A stretch of 64,000 bases of DNA, from positions 1,170,871 to 1,234,870 of the forward strand of contig NZ_LT599032.1 in the NCBI RefSeq assembly GCF_900079725.1. Direction: 5' to 3'. This DNA is from an uncultured Dysgonomonas sp. GTDB taxonomy: Bacteria > Bacteroidota > Bacteroidia > Bacteroidales > Dysgonomonadaceae. Within the stretch, counting starts at the first letter, position 1; every line of letters begins with the position of its first letter. This document shows positions 1-10,236 of this stretch, piece by piece. The translations under genes and the position numbers were made by a program. The notes under the pieces were generated by a model. The model ran no database searches, had not been told where the DNA came from, and worked only from the letters and a program-made list of their open reading frames with translations.

Positions 1-163
1 TTTTCATACTATCAGGTATATCTCCGGTTATCTTACCTGACAAGGTCGCTATACCATATTTAAACCGGGGTGCCGGTAGCTCGTTATCTGTTTGCGAATA
101 TACAGTTACAGTGTTTATGTACAATAGCAGACATAAACTGAACATTCTGATTGCTGTTTTCAT
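1..163 (-). CDS. 5' part of a secreted protein (runs off the window edge)
   Basis: Hand translation from ATG at 163 gives MKTAIRMFSLCLLLYINTVTVYSQTDNELPAPRF..., a signal-peptide-like N-terminus, open to position 1. Confidence 0.6.
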   Translation of the reverse strand, partial: MKTAIRMFSLCLLLYINTVTVYSQTDNELPAPRFKYGIATLSGKITGDIPDSMK

Positions 164-195
164 ATGATATAGGCATTTATGGCATTAGTAAAGAA

Positions 196-1014
196 CTATA
201 TATTAAAATCAATAATATGCTCTCCTGCACTAAGTGTACTGTGTATTCTTATCTCTGAATTCTGCTGAACAAGAGAATAGGGTACCACACTTTTTGTCAG
301 CCAGGCATTACCTCCGATTGTAGAATCATGGCCGACAACCGTCTTGCCTCCCAAAATAGTAGCTCCGGCATAGATAACCACATTATCCTCAATGGTCGGA
401 TGCCTTTTCTCATTGGCAAGGCCTTTGGTTACAAACAATGCTCCGAGAGTAACCCCTTGGTAAACTTTCACATTGTTGCCGATAACCGTAGTCTCCCCTA
501 TCACGATCCCTGTTCCGTGATCAATGTAGAAAGCCCGTCCTATCTTCGCTCCCGGATTTATATCTATACCCACCTTCGAATGGGCGTATTCGGAAAATAA
601 CCGGGGAATAATAGGCGTATTCATTTTATAGAATTCATGGGAAATACGATAGACCACCTGTGCAAAAAAACCGGGATAGGTAAGAATAACTTCCTCTATC
701 GATTTAGCCGCCGGGTCATTTTCAAAGTAGACAGTCGCTTCGTCGTATAATTTATCCTGAAGTTCGGGTAACCCTGATATGAATCTGTCAACCATCGCCT
801 CTGCCGTTTTTCGATCCGACAAGGCGGCAATATTTTCTACCAGAATAGAGTAAAAATAATATAGTTTTTTCTCTCTGGACTTCTCCTGATCACAGATCGG
901 AAACAGTACTCGATGGATCAGTGTATTCAGCGCATCTTCCAGTTCAATTCTATTGATTGGCAAGTGCTTTGACTCGGCTCTCAGTTTATTCGCGATTTCG
1001 TATATATTAGTCAT
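196..1014 (-). CDS. cysE: Serine O-acetyltransferase (CysE/EpsC type)
   Basis: Motifs DPAA..EEV..YPG, GIDINPGAKIG..FYIDHGTGIVIGET, KRHPTIEDNVVIYAGATILG (hexapeptide LbH). Confidence 0.92.
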   Translation of the reverse strand: MTNIYEIANKLRAESKHLPINRIELEDALNTLIHRVLFPICDQEKSREKKLYYFYSILVENIAALSDRKTAEAMVDRFISGLPELQDKLYDEATVYFENDPAAKSIEEVILTYPGFFAQVVYRISHEFYKMNTPIIPRLFSEYAHSKVGIDINPGAKIGRAFYIDHGTGIVIGETTVIGNNVKVYQGVTLGALFVTKGLANEKRHPTIEDNVVIYAGATILGGKTVVGHDSTIGGNAWLTKSVVPYSLVQQNSEIRIHSTLSAGEHIIDFNI

Positions 1015-1158
1015 AACTTTAGCTTTGAAAACAACAAATGTAATAATTAAATACAGAAAATCAGGAATTATGATTCTGCTTAATTTTTGTATGTTTTAAA
1101 TCATGTATTTCTAAGTGAAAAACAAAACAAAATATTACCCAAAATCGTTGTTTATTTC

Positions 1159-1166
1159 TACATTTG
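1159..1166 (+). promoter_or_regulatory. Bacteroidetes sigma-A -7 element upstream of gdhA
   Basis: TACATTTG matches TAnnTTTG about 30 nt before the ATG. Confidence 0.6.
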
Positions 1167-1197
1167 TATAGTCAAGAACCGATTTAATAGTTAAATC

Positions 1198-2535
1198 ATG
1201 AAAATAAATAACATTTTATCAGAGCTGGAGGCAAAACATCCCGGCGAGCATGAATTTCTGCAAGCTGTAAAAGAAGTGCTTGTATCAATTGAAGATGTAT
1301 ATAATCAGCATCCCGAGTTTGAAAAAAACCGTATTATCGAACGCCTGGTAGAACCCGACAGGATTTTTACATTCCGCGTAGCGTGGGTAGACGACAAAGG
1401 TGATATTCAGGTAAATCTGGGATACCGTGTACAATTCAACAACGCTATCGGCCCTTACAAAGGAGGCTTACGGTTCCATGCTTCAGTCAATCTATCCTCA
1501 CTCAAATTCTTAGGATTTGAACAAACTTTCAAGAATGCATTGACTACACTGCCTATGGGTGGCGGCAAAGGAGGTTCCGATTTCAGCCCGAGAGGCAAGT
1601 CGAATGCCGAGATTATGCGTTTCTGCCAGGCTTTCATGCTTGAACTTTGGCGCAATATTGGCCCAGACACGGACGTTCCTGCCGGAGACATCGGCGTAGG
1701 CACACGCGAAATCGGTTATTTGTATGGCATGTACAAAAAACTGGCAAGAGAAAACACAGGGACTTTCACAGGCAAGGGACTCGAATACGGAGGCTCGCTG
1801 GTCCGTCCTGAAGCCACAGGTTTCGGTGCGCTGTACTTTGTGAACGAAATGCTGAAAGCCAAAAATATAGATCTGAAAGGAAAAACCGTAGCGGTTTCGG
1901 GATTTGGCAATGTAGCATGGGGTGCAGTCACCAAAGCGACAGAACTCGGAGCTAAAGTAATTACCATTTCGGGACCTGACGGATATATTTATGACCCGGA
2001 TGGCGTTAGCGGTGATAAGATAGAATATATGCTCGAACTTCGCAACAGCGGTGACGACATCGTAGCTCCATATGCTGATAAGTATCCTAATTCTAAATTC
2101 TTTGCAGGCAAAAAGCCATGGGAACAGAAAGTAGACATTGCTTTGCCATGCGCCATACAGAATGAACTGAACCTGAAAGATGCAGAAACACTGATTGCCA
2201 ACGGCGCTACCTGTATAGCCGAGGTATCTAATATGGGATGTACTGCCGAAGCCGTGGATTTCTTCATCGAGAAGAAAACCCTCTTTGCTCCGGGCAAGGC
2301 TGTGAACGCCGGAGGTGTCGCCACATCGGGACTGGAAATGAGCCAGAATGCGATGCATCTGCAATGGACAGAAGAGGAAGTAGACCAGAAACTACATCAG
2401 ATAATGAAAAATATACATGCTCAAAGCCTGAAATACGGAAAAGAGGATGGAGGATATATCAACTACGTGAAAGGTGCTAATGTTGCGGGATTTATGAAAG
2501 TAGCCTGTGCTATGATTGCGCAGGGAGTTGTATAA
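1198..2535 (+). CDS. gdhA: NADP-specific glutamate dehydrogenase
   Basis: GPYKGGLRFH, GGGKGGSDF, DVPAGDIGVG, RPEATGFG, GFGNVA motifs. Confidence 0.97.
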   Translation: MKINNILSELEAKHPGEHEFLQAVKEVLVSIEDVYNQHPEFEKNRIIERLVEPDRIFTFRVAWVDDKGDIQVNLGYRVQFNNAIGPYKGGLRFHASVNLSSLKFLGFEQTFKNALTTLPMGGGKGGSDFSPRGKSNAEIMRFCQAFMLELWRNIGPDTDVPAGDIGVGTREIGYLYGMYKKLARENTGTFTGKGLEYGGSLVRPEATGFGALYFVNEMLKAKNIDLKGKTVAVSGFGNVAWGAVTKATELGAKVITISGPDGYIYDPDGVSGDKIEYMLELRNSGDDIVAPYADKYPNSKFFAGKKPWEQKVDIALPCAIQNELNLKDAETLIANGATCIAEVSNMGCTAEAVDFFIEKKTLFAPGKAVNAGGVATSGLEMSQNAMHLQWTEEEVDQKLHQIMKNIHAQSLKYGKEDGGYINYVKGANVAGFMKVACAMIAQGVV

Positions 2536-2556
2536 CTTAATTTAATCAATCGAGAG

Positions 2557-2593
2557 AAAAGCCCTTTGGATACAGAAATCCAAGGGGCTTTTT
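2557..2593 (+). terminator. Intrinsic terminator after gdhA
   Basis: AAAAGCCCTTTGGAT-acagaa-ATCCAAGGGGCTTTTT hairpin with U tract. Confidence 0.8.
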
Positions 2594-2731
2594 GACTTAT
2601 AAAGAGGCCGGCTGTATACCGGAATATTTACCCTGAATTTTACACCATATATTTTTGCATATCTCAAATAATTGTCACTAACTTTGCATTTCAAAGTAAA
2701 ATATATAATGACTCTTTTTATATAAAGAAAT

Positions 2732-3472
2732 ATGCTGAAAAAGATTTTTAAATGGGTAAAGAGAATCGTAATATTTCTGTTTGTATTCAGCATATTACAA
2801 GTTATCGTTTTCAAATTTGTCCCTGTGTACTACACTCCGCTCATGGTATGGAACAATACGACACAACTCTTTTCGGGAGAGGAGGTTGTTTGCAAACATA
2901 CATGGGTTCCGCTCGATGAAATATCCAAGTACTTGCCATTGGCTGTGGTAGCATCCGAAGACAATTTATTCTTAGATCATTCGGGATTCGACTTCGACCA
3001 GATAGAAAAAGCGATGAACGAAGCCGAAAAGGGCAAGCGCCAACGGGGAGCGAGTACAATCAGCCAGCAAACGGCAAAAAATGTTTTCCTTTGGTCCGGC
3101 CGTTCCTATATCCGTAAAGGACTGGAAGTCTATTACACATTCCTCATAGAAACCATCTGGGGTAAAGAGCGCATTATGGAAGTATACCTCAATTCCATAG
3201 AAATGGGTAAAAACATCTATGGAGCGGAAGCCGTCGCACAAGCCCATTTCAAAAAAACAGCGAAAAAGCTGACTGCCGGCGAATCAGCTTTGATAGCTGC
3301 CACATTACCCAACCCCATACGGTTCAATTCGGCAAAGCCGTCACCTTATATAATAAAGCGTCAGGGAAAGATACTGGACTTGATGGGAAAAGTAAACCCG
3401 GTTGATTTTGATAAGGAACCCGAACCCAAGAAAGATGTAAAAAAAAGTACTAAAAAGAACACTAAAAAATAA
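2732..3472 (+). CDS. mtgA: Monofunctional peptidoglycan transglycosylase
   Basis: GT51 motifs [44 protein letters not shown]-terminal TM. Confidence 0.95.
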   Translation: MLKKIFKWVKRIVIFLFVFSILQVIVFKFVPVYYTPLMVWNNTTQLFSGEEVVCKHTWVPLDEISKYLPLAVVASEDNLFLDHSGFDFDQIEKAMNEAEKGKRQRGASTISQQTAKNVFLWSGRSYIRKGLEVYYTFLIETIWGKERIMEVYLNSIEMGKNIYGAEAVAQAHFKKTAKKLTAGESALIAATLPNPIRFNSAKPSPYIIKRQGKILDLMGKVNPVDFDKEPEPKKDVKKSTKKNTKK

Positions 3473-3479
3473 CATCATT

Positions 3480-4010
3480 ATGGAAACACAAACACTAGAA
3501 AAGCAACTACTATTTAAAATCAGAGCATTGACGATCTTCTATATCTTCGCTCTTTTCTTCTGGGGCGTTACAGCCTTTCCTGTCGAAACCGAAATCCGGA
3601 TTGTTTGCCAGATTATGGGCATATCACTTGATGTTTCGCCCGATAGTTACGAAGGATTCAATTACTGGATAGCCACCGTTGCCAACGGTTTAATAAATAC
3701 TAATCGAGACTACCCTTTCCTTGCTTACGGAACAGACTGGCTGGCATTTTCACATCTGGTGATCGCAGTGGCATTCATCGGCCTATACAGGAAACCTGTA
3801 CGAAATATATGGATAGTATATTTTGGGATGATTGCCTGTTTGGGTGTAATGCCTTTGGCTCTTATATGCGGTGCTGTGCGCGGCATCCCTTTTTGGTGGA
3901 GAATGATAGACAGCTCATTCTGCATATTCGGAATAATCCCGCTCTGTTTCTTACATATTTATATAAAGAAGCTAGAAAAACTAACCGGATACGTACCTTC
4001 TAAATACTGA
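3480..4010 (+). CDS. Conserved hypothetical membrane protein
   Basis: 176 aa with about 4 hydrophobic helices and a YGTDWLAFSHLVIAVAF segment; 7 bp after mtgA. Confidence 0.75.
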   Translation: METQTLEKQLLFKIRALTIFYIFALFFWGVTAFPVETEIRIVCQIMGISLDVSPDSYEGFNYWIATVANGLINTNRDYPFLAYGTDWLAFSHLVIAVAFIGLYRKPVRNIWIVYFGMIACLGVMPLALICGAVRGIPFWWRMIDSSFCIFGIIPLCFLHIYIKKLEKLTGYVPSKY

Positions 4011-4018
4011 GGTTTCCT

Positions 4019-5146
4019 TCAAATTTTACTGACAGGAATATATATTTCCGTCAGTAATTCACTTTCAGGAACCAGCACAGGGCTATTCAGGAATTTGGAG
4101 AAAGACATATTGTCCCTTAATTCGTATTCACTCTTCGGTATCCAGTACCGGTAAATATCACAATACACTTTATCCATATCCTTATACGTCCCCCGGTAAG
4201 TAAAAACAGCATATAAGCCGCCTTCTATTGTTTGCCGTCCTAACCGCCCATTGGCTTTAAGTGCACTTCCAGCATTTATGCATGTGTATATCCTGCAATT
4301 CTCAGGGCTTGTTATTGTCGAAATATCCCGGCTTAATGATAGATATTCATGGTTGTTATCGGGGATTCCGTTCACACCGACAATACTGATCAGCTTGTCC
4401 CATGCCTTGAGGAATGCGTCTGCCTGCCTATAAGGATTTACCACACGCAGGTATAACACTTCTTTCGACGCCATTTTCCTTATTTCAGGTTCTAAAAAAA
4501 GGTACTCCACAGGGCTATCCATCGACATTGTTAGATCACCGGGTTGTGCACGATAAGCCGAAGGTGTAATTCCATATCTCTTTTTAAATGCTTTTGATAA
4601 TGCCTGAGGACTTTGATAGCCTGTTTGTTCTGCAATATCAGCCAGTGAAAATCGCGTAGTATGTAACTTAAAAGCCGTTTTTTCTAATCGTAAACGCTGT
4701 ACATAATCGCCGGGGCTTTCATTCATTACAGCCCTGAAAATCCGGTGAAAATGAAAACTCGAAAGCCCGGCTATGCTTGCCAGATCAGAAAGATTAATGA
4801 CGGTGGAGAGATTATCATTTATATAGTCTACTGCTCTATTTACCGATTTGTAATATTCCAAGTGTGTAAACTGGTGTGACTGCCATCGCTTTAAACCGGG
4901 CAGTTTGACTGTTGTTTTTAAGTTCACCTCATCCAGAGTAAGAGTGCGTCCATCCAGTTTTTCAGCCTCATCATGATATTGCAAAGAATCCTTGACAAAT
5001 TCATCAAAACTGAAATCGTCAGTATATTTTCCATTCCGGAAGCAAAAACAACAAAAATCTTCATTCAGACTTTTATCTCCATTGGTTCCAAAATGCTCTA
5101 CTGCCGCCATCGGCATGCCACAGCTTTGACATATGTCGTTTTTCAT
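4019..5146 (-). CDS. AraC-family regulator with N-terminal Zn-ribbon and C-terminal GyrI-like domain
   Basis: CQSCGMPM...FCCFCF Zn ribbon; AraC HTH (LSSFHFHRIF...GYQSPQALSKAFKKRYGITPSAYR); GyrI-like end (GGLYAVFTYRG...TEIYIPV). Confidence 0.88.
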   Translation of the reverse strand: MKNDICQSCGMPMAAVEHFGTNGDKSLNEDFCCFCFRNGKYTDDFSFDEFVKDSLQYHDEAEKLDGRTLTLDEVNLKTTVKLPGLKRWQSHQFTHLEYYKSVNRAVDYINDNLSTVINLSDLASIAGLSSFHFHRIFRAVMNESPGDYVQRLRLEKTAFKLHTTRFSLADIAEQTGYQSPQALSKAFKKRYGITPSAYRAQPGDLTMSMDSPVEYLFLEPEIRKMASKEVLYLRVVNPYRQADAFLKAWDKLISIVGVNGIPDNNHEYLSLSRDISTITSPENCRIYTCINAGSALKANGRLGRQTIEGGLYAVFTYRGTYKDMDKVYCDIYRYWIPKSEYELRDNMSFSKFLNSPVLVPESELLTEIYIPVSKI

Positions 5147-5228
5147 ATCAGACAGACTTTCTTTATTTCACACTTATAATCAGTAAACCCATACAAAAAA
5201 TTCCAAATAATCGCAGCCTTTGATTTTG

Positions 5229-5377
5229 AAGTCGTCTAGACTTTTTATTTTGATATCTTTTTGTCATGCTGACAATAGGAAGCATCTCGTTTCTCTAGAG
5301 ATTTTTCACTCTGTTCAAAATGACAAAGAGAGTATTTGTTTTATAACGTTACCAGATTCAAAAAGTCTAGACGGCTT
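5229..5377. repeat. MITE-like element: 18-bp imperfect inverted repeats enclosing a TGTCAT...ATGACA REP doublet
   Basis: AAGTCGTCTAGACTTTTT (5229-5246) vs AAAAAGTCTAGACGGCTT (5360-5377), 1 mismatch; internal TTTGTCATGCTGAC...TCAAAATGACAAA hairpin. Confidence 0.65.
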
Positions 5378-5593
5378 TTTTATAAGCTAATTTATTCAAT
5401 TCTATATTTGGACAATCATTATTCAATCAAAAGTATAAAATATGTCCTTATTATCGTTTGTCCATTCTTGCGAAATATGGGAATAAGCAAGAATATCTCC
5501 CATCTGAAAAGTTAAATAAGGTTAATATTTAAAATATAAAAATCCATATTTTACATATAATCAATACAATAACCATCAACTATTAAATTCACA

Positions 5594-5637
5594 TAGTATT
5601 ATGTATTACATAGTACTAATATTTATTTATATATTTG
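5594..5637 (+). promoter_or_regulatory. Palindromic operator plus TAnnTTTG promoter upstream of pspC-padR-pspC
   Basis: TAGTATTATGT-ATT-ACATAGTACTA (5594-5618) followed by TATATTTG (5630-5637). Confidence 0.6.
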
Positions 5638-5690
5638 CAATACAAACAACAATGTATAGTATAATAAGTGGCATAAAACAATAGTAGGTT

Positions 5691-6272
5691 ATGAAAAAAG
5701 TTATAGAAGTTAGCATAGGAGGGATCAACTTCACAATGGAAGACGATGCCTATTACAGACTAAAGGAATACCTGAGACGTTTCGAGGAAACTATTTCCGA
5801 CAAAAAAGAAGCGCGTGAAGTAATGGAAGACGTGGAAGCGCGTGTCGCCGAAATATTTCAGAAAGAAATGAAGTTTTCGAATCAGGTAGTAGATATGAAG
5901 CTCGTACAGGTCGTTATTGACCACCTGGGCGAAGTGGAACCTAAAACCCAAAATGAGAATCAAACCTCATCACAAAGTAGTTACGATCTGGGAGAAGAGT
6001 ACTCCAAAGGTAACAAAAAATTCTACCGGGACATGGATGACAAAATGCTGGCAGGTGTATGTAGCGGAATCGCAACATACACAGGAGTGGACGTCACCAT
6101 CATAAGACTAATATTCGTTGCACTGGCATTTGCCTATGGCAGTGCCATCCTTGCTTACTTCATCCTGTGGATCGTATCGCCAAGGGCCGAAACCATAGCC
6201 CAGAAGCTTGAATTGAGAGGGTATGCCCCCACAGCAGATAATATCAGAAAATTTACATCACAACGCAAATAA
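5691..6272 (+). CDS. pspC: PspC domain protein (short paralog)
   Basis: KFYRDMDDKMLAGVCSGIATYTGVDVTIIRL PspC signature plus N-terminal helical domain. Confidence 0.85.
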   Translation: MKKVIEVSIGGINFTMEDDAYYRLKEYLRRFEETISDKKEAREVMEDVEARVAEIFQKEMKFSNQVVDMKLVQVVIDHLGEVEPKTQNENQTSSQSSYDLGEEYSKGNKKFYRDMDDKMLAGVCSGIATYTGVDVTIIRLIFVALAFAYGSAILAYFILWIVSPRAETIAQKLELRGYAPTADNIRKFTSQRK

Positions 6273-6280
6273 TATACAAT

Positions 6281-6616
6281 ATGGAAACAATAAATGTAGA
6301 CAATATAAAAGCCCAGATGCGCAAAGGAATACTGGAATACTGTATCCTCAGCATACTGTCGAAAGGCGACGCTTATGTATCGGCCATTATCAACGAACTG
6401 AAAGAATCGGAAATGATCGTTGTGGAAGGAACACTTTACCCTCTGCTTACCCGCCAGAAAAATCAGGGATTGCTGAGCTATCGCTGGGAAGAATCGACAC
6501 AGGGACCGCCACGGAAGTATTACACAATCACAGATAAAGGCCGTGCCGTATTAGACGAACTTGATACCGTATGGACAGATCTGGTCAGGGTTATAGACAA
6601 TATCAGAAACAAATAA
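6281..6616 (+). CDS. PadR-family transcriptional regulator
   Basis: QMRKGILEYCIL...EGTLYPLL...GPPRKYYTITDKG. Confidence 0.93.
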   Translation: METINVDNIKAQMRKGILEYCILSILSKGDAYVSAIINELKESEMIVVEGTLYPLLTRQKNQGLLSYRWEESTQGPPRKYYTITDKGRAVLDELDTVWTDLVRVIDNIRNK

Positions 6617-6628
6617 AACCTAAATACA

Positions 6629-8128
6629 ATGAAACCAACTGTAAGAGTGAGCATAGGCGGATTGGCATTCAATCTTGAAGAAGATGCTTTCCAGGTTCTC
6701 GATAGCTATCTGAAATCTTTAAGAAGGCATTTCAGCGGAAACCCGGAAGCCGATGAAATTATTGCAGATATAGAATCGCGCCTCAGCGAATTACTGCAAA
6801 TGAGGGTCAATGGAAACGATGGCGTAGTATCGATAACCGATGCTCAGGAAATCACAAAAATAATGGGTAATCCGAAGGATTTCGATGAATCTATATCCGG
6901 GGAAGCGGAAGAAGGTACACCTAAAAACGAATCCTACCATGATACTGAGAACAGAGACGATTCTTATAATTTCTTTAAAAAGAAACTGTACAGAGACGAA
7001 AACAACAAACTCATAGGAGGTGTATGCAGTGGCTTCGGTCATTATTTCAAAATTGACCCAACGGCAGTCCGTATCGTTTTGGCTGCTATAGTATTCCTCT
7101 TTAGTTTCCTTTCGTTCAAAGTGGTAGGAACAATCGTACTGGCATATATTGTATTATGGGTGGTCATGCCGGCAGCAAGGACATTCAATCAAAAATTATC
7201 CATGACCGGAGCCGATCCCTCGATTGAAAATATAGAGGACCGCACACAACCTGCCCCTCGAAAATATAAGGGCAGTGCTATAGGAACCATACTTAATGTA
7301 CTAATAAACATTTTTGTAGGAATCATTGCCGTTGCTGTTTTTCTCACTATGCTGGGTATGATTACTACCTTGGTATGGCTCTATATGGATACAGAATTAT
7401 TTGGCTTGAATAACTATCTGGTTCTGCTGGGATACAACTCCATTAATCTGAAAATAGCTTTTGTACTGGCAACGTTAATTCCGATAGGGGCTTTATTCAG
7501 CTTACTGATTAAAATATTACGTCGCTCATCATTCACATCACAAACACTGGTCAGTTTCATCATCGGACTGGTGATTTGGATAGGCGCAGTAGTATATATC
7601 AGCAATAAGAGCATCAAGTTTGCTCATTCACATAAAGAACGGGCAGAAGCTGTGGAGCATTTACCTGTAAGTACAAAATCCGACACCCTGATTATAAAAC
7701 TTGGGGATGAATATCTGACTGCAAGTCCTCAACCACAAAATCCAATCATGTTTTACAAAGGGGAAAAAATGAAAGACAGGCAGGTTTGCATCCTTCCATA
7801 TATAAAAATCAGACAAGATACTTCTTTGACAGATTACAAAGTGGAAATACTCAAGAAAGATTATGCCGACAACAATATTACAGCAAAAAGGAAGACTGAG
7901 GCATTACACCTGGATTATAATATAACCGACTCACTGATTACTGTCAATCCGAAATGGTATAACAATAAAGATAAGTGGAACCTGGAATCATTTGAGATTA
8001 TTGTTACTGCTCCGAACAACAAAAAAGTGATTATGGAAACACCACTTAAAGAGTCCTATCATATCAATTCTATAAGATTCAACCGCTATGATTGCTTTGG
8101 TTATCATTATGATTTTGATTTTGATTGA
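6629..8128 (+). CDS. PspC domain membrane protein (long paralog)
   Basis: KLYRDENNKLIGGVCSGFGHYFKIDPTAVR PspC signature, several TM helices, C-terminal soluble domain. Confidence 0.85.
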   Translation: MKPTVRVSIGGLAFNLEEDAFQVLDSYLKSLRRHFSGNPEADEIIADIESRLSELLQMRVNGNDGVVSITDAQEITKIMGNPKDFDESISGEAEEGTPKNESYHDTENRDDSYNFFKKKLYRDENNKLIGGVCSGFGHYFKIDPTAVRIVLAAIVFLFSFLSFKVVGTIVLAYIVLWVVMPAARTFNQKLSMTGADPSIENIEDRTQPAPRKYKGSAIGTILNVLINIFVGIIAVAVFLTMLGMITTLVWLYMDTELFGLNNYLVLLGYNSINLKIAFVLATLIPIGALFSLLIKILRRSSFTSQTLVSFIIGLVIWIGAVVYISNKSIKFAHSHKERAEAVEHLPVSTKSDTLIIKLGDEYLTASPQPQNPIMFYKGEKMKDRQVCILPYIKIRQDTSLTDYKVEILKKDYADNNITAKRKTEALHLDYNITDSLITVNPKWYNNKDKWNLESFEIIVTAPNNKKVIMETPLKESYHINSIRFNRYDCFGYHYDFDFD

Positions 8129-8313
8129 GCTACTCCTCAAGATCCTCCGATGAAACGTTATTTCATTTTGATAATAAATAGGATTTAGTTCCATCTGTTA
8201 AATCGGGCAAAAAAAGGATTTTTTTGTCCGATTTTCATTAAAAAAACACAACAAAATTCGAGTTTTCTCGTTTATAATATATAATTTTGTGAAATAACCT
8301 TAATTATTGGGTT

Positions 8314-8790
8314 ATGAAAGGTAAATATCTAGCGTACATTTTAATATCAATATTGACTCTGGGGTTTCTGCTATCGTCGTGCGACAGAGAAGACAATGCC
8401 TATACCAAAAGTATAGAAGGGCATTGGGTATATACAGAAACAAAAGCCGAAGTATATGTCACTGAGCCTTCTCTAAAGAAAACGATAGAAGATTACATCA
8501 ATGACAGAAACAAGACTTATAAGGTGAGTTATGAGTTTAAAAATGATAAAACCTATTATTACTATAAAAATTATACCGAACCTCTAAAAGGTATATATAA
8601 AACAATAGACAAGAACTATTTTAAAATGGATGATCTGCAAGGAGTAAAAACTCTCTCCTACAAAGACTCTATCATTTATATAGTATCTGACATAAAAGAC
8701 GAAGTGGCTCAAGAATTGAAGATAGACAAAAACAAGATACTGAAAGCCAATACCATGGACATCTTTGAACGTGGATTGTTTTCACATTAA
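8314..8790 (+). CDS. Putative lipoprotein (lipocalin-like)
   Basis: Lipobox LLSSC, then SIEGHWVY. Confidence 0.7.
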   Translation: MKGKYLAYILISILTLGFLLSSCDREDNAYTKSIEGHWVYTETKAEVYVTEPSLKKTIEDYINDRNKTYKVSYEFKNDKTYYYYKNYTEPLKGIYKTIDKNYFKMDDLQGVKTLSYKDSIIYIVSDIKDEVAQELKIDKNKILKANTMDIFERGLFSH

Positions 8791-9274
8791 TACCCTGGAA
8801 ATATTTCGGCTGATTGCAAGATTAAAAGAAAAAGGCTGTAAACAGACCTCTGTTCTTTCCGCATGGTAAATACTTATACAATTAAGTAACAATAAGACTT
8901 TTATTAAAAAATCACAAATAATATATCTGACGTAACACATCTGTATTTTTTGCGTTAAATATATAAAGAACATAATACACATATTACTTTTTATTTTAGA
9001 TAAAAATAACACTACTAATCAGGAAGCATTTATCCGTGAGGATAGATGCTTTCACTTTTCAGACATCTCATACAATAACTAAAATCCATATAATCAATTT
9101 TTCAAAGAGCGATAAACCATCAGCCAATAGCTAACAGATTTTATAATATAGATAAAGTTTCTGAAATAACATTATGGATACGATAATACTATTATCACAT
9201 TATACATTTTTTTTTAATATCTTTGCTCTGCAATATATCGAGTAAGACAGGCTTATTAATTTCAGGTATGAGAT

Positions 9275-10231
9275 ATGATAAAGATAATAAACGCAACATT
9301 ACAAATATTCTTAAAATCACGTTTGATCATCACAATCTTTCTTTTTTTGGCATGTGTATCGTCATGCGGGCTTTTCGATAAGGAAATCAAGCAAGACAAA
9401 CATATAGCTGAATTCAGATACCGGATGAACCGGATTATGGACAGTTTGGATAATCACAAGGAACGTATAAAAGCCTTTGAGAAGATCATTGAAAATATAG
9501 AGGCTGACGAAGACCTTATTACCCCCCGGAAAAAAAATATATTACTAGTAGAAGGAAATACCTTTATCAGCAATGAATACCTTAGCCTGGAGAACTATAA
9601 GAAAGCAATTAAATACACCAATATTATAATAGGAATAGACTCCACATCCCCAAAAGGATTTTATAACAGGGGCTGTATATATCAGATACTCGACGAAGAC
9701 AGTTTAGCCATACTTGACTATAACAAAGCATTAAAGCTAAACTCTGATTATTCGGACGCCTACTACAATCGTGGTATTATCTACGAAGAGTCTGGCAATT
9801 ATGATAAGGCGCTGGAAGATTACAACAGAGCCATTAAGCTGAACCCATCCTATATTATCGATGTATATACCAACCGAGGAAATACCTATCTGGCTAAAGA
9901 AGCCTATGACAAAGCAATCTCCGATTACGGTAAAATATTAAGTATAGACTCGGCCAATATAAAAGCATACAGCAACAGAGCCGGAGCTTACATCATACAG
10001 AAAGAATACGATAAGGCACTGATCGACTGCAACAAGGCCATCGCCTTAGACTCTACAAATATAAATGCCTACCAAAGACGGGCATCGATCTTCGAAGCAC
10101 AGAAAGAATATAGTCAAGCATTGGATGACTACGGAAAAATCCTTGCTCTCGATCCGCATGATAAGTTCGACACACACGAGACTGTAAGAAAAGCGATAAA
10201 GAAGCTAAGACCTCTCTCCAAGCACAAATAA
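9275..10231 (+). CDS. Tetratricopeptide repeat lipoprotein
   Basis: Repeated AYYNRG..Y...A..DYNKA TPR units; VSSC lipobox. Confidence 0.88.
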   Translation: MIKIINATLQIFLKSRLIITIFLFLACVSSCGLFDKEIKQDKHIAEFRYRMNRIMDSLDNHKERIKAFEKIIENIEADEDLITPRKKNILLVEGNTFISNEYLSLENYKKAIKYTNIIIGIDSTSPKGFYNRGCIYQILDEDSLAILDYNKALKLNSDYSDAYYNRGIIYEESGNYDKALEDYNRAIKLNPSYIIDVYTNRGNTYLAKEAYDKAISDYGKILSIDSANIKAYSNRAGAYIIQKEYDKALIDCNKAIALDSTNINAYQRRASIFEAQKEYSQALDDYGKILALDPHDKFDTHETVRKAIKKLRPLSKHK

Positions 10232-10236
10232 GCCGC

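Noticed and set aside
1455..2364. Long antisense ORFs inside gdhA (and similar shadows in purL, the U32 gene, porK and sdhA)
   Set aside because: Typical antisense shadows of conserved genes; no independent motifs or expression signals
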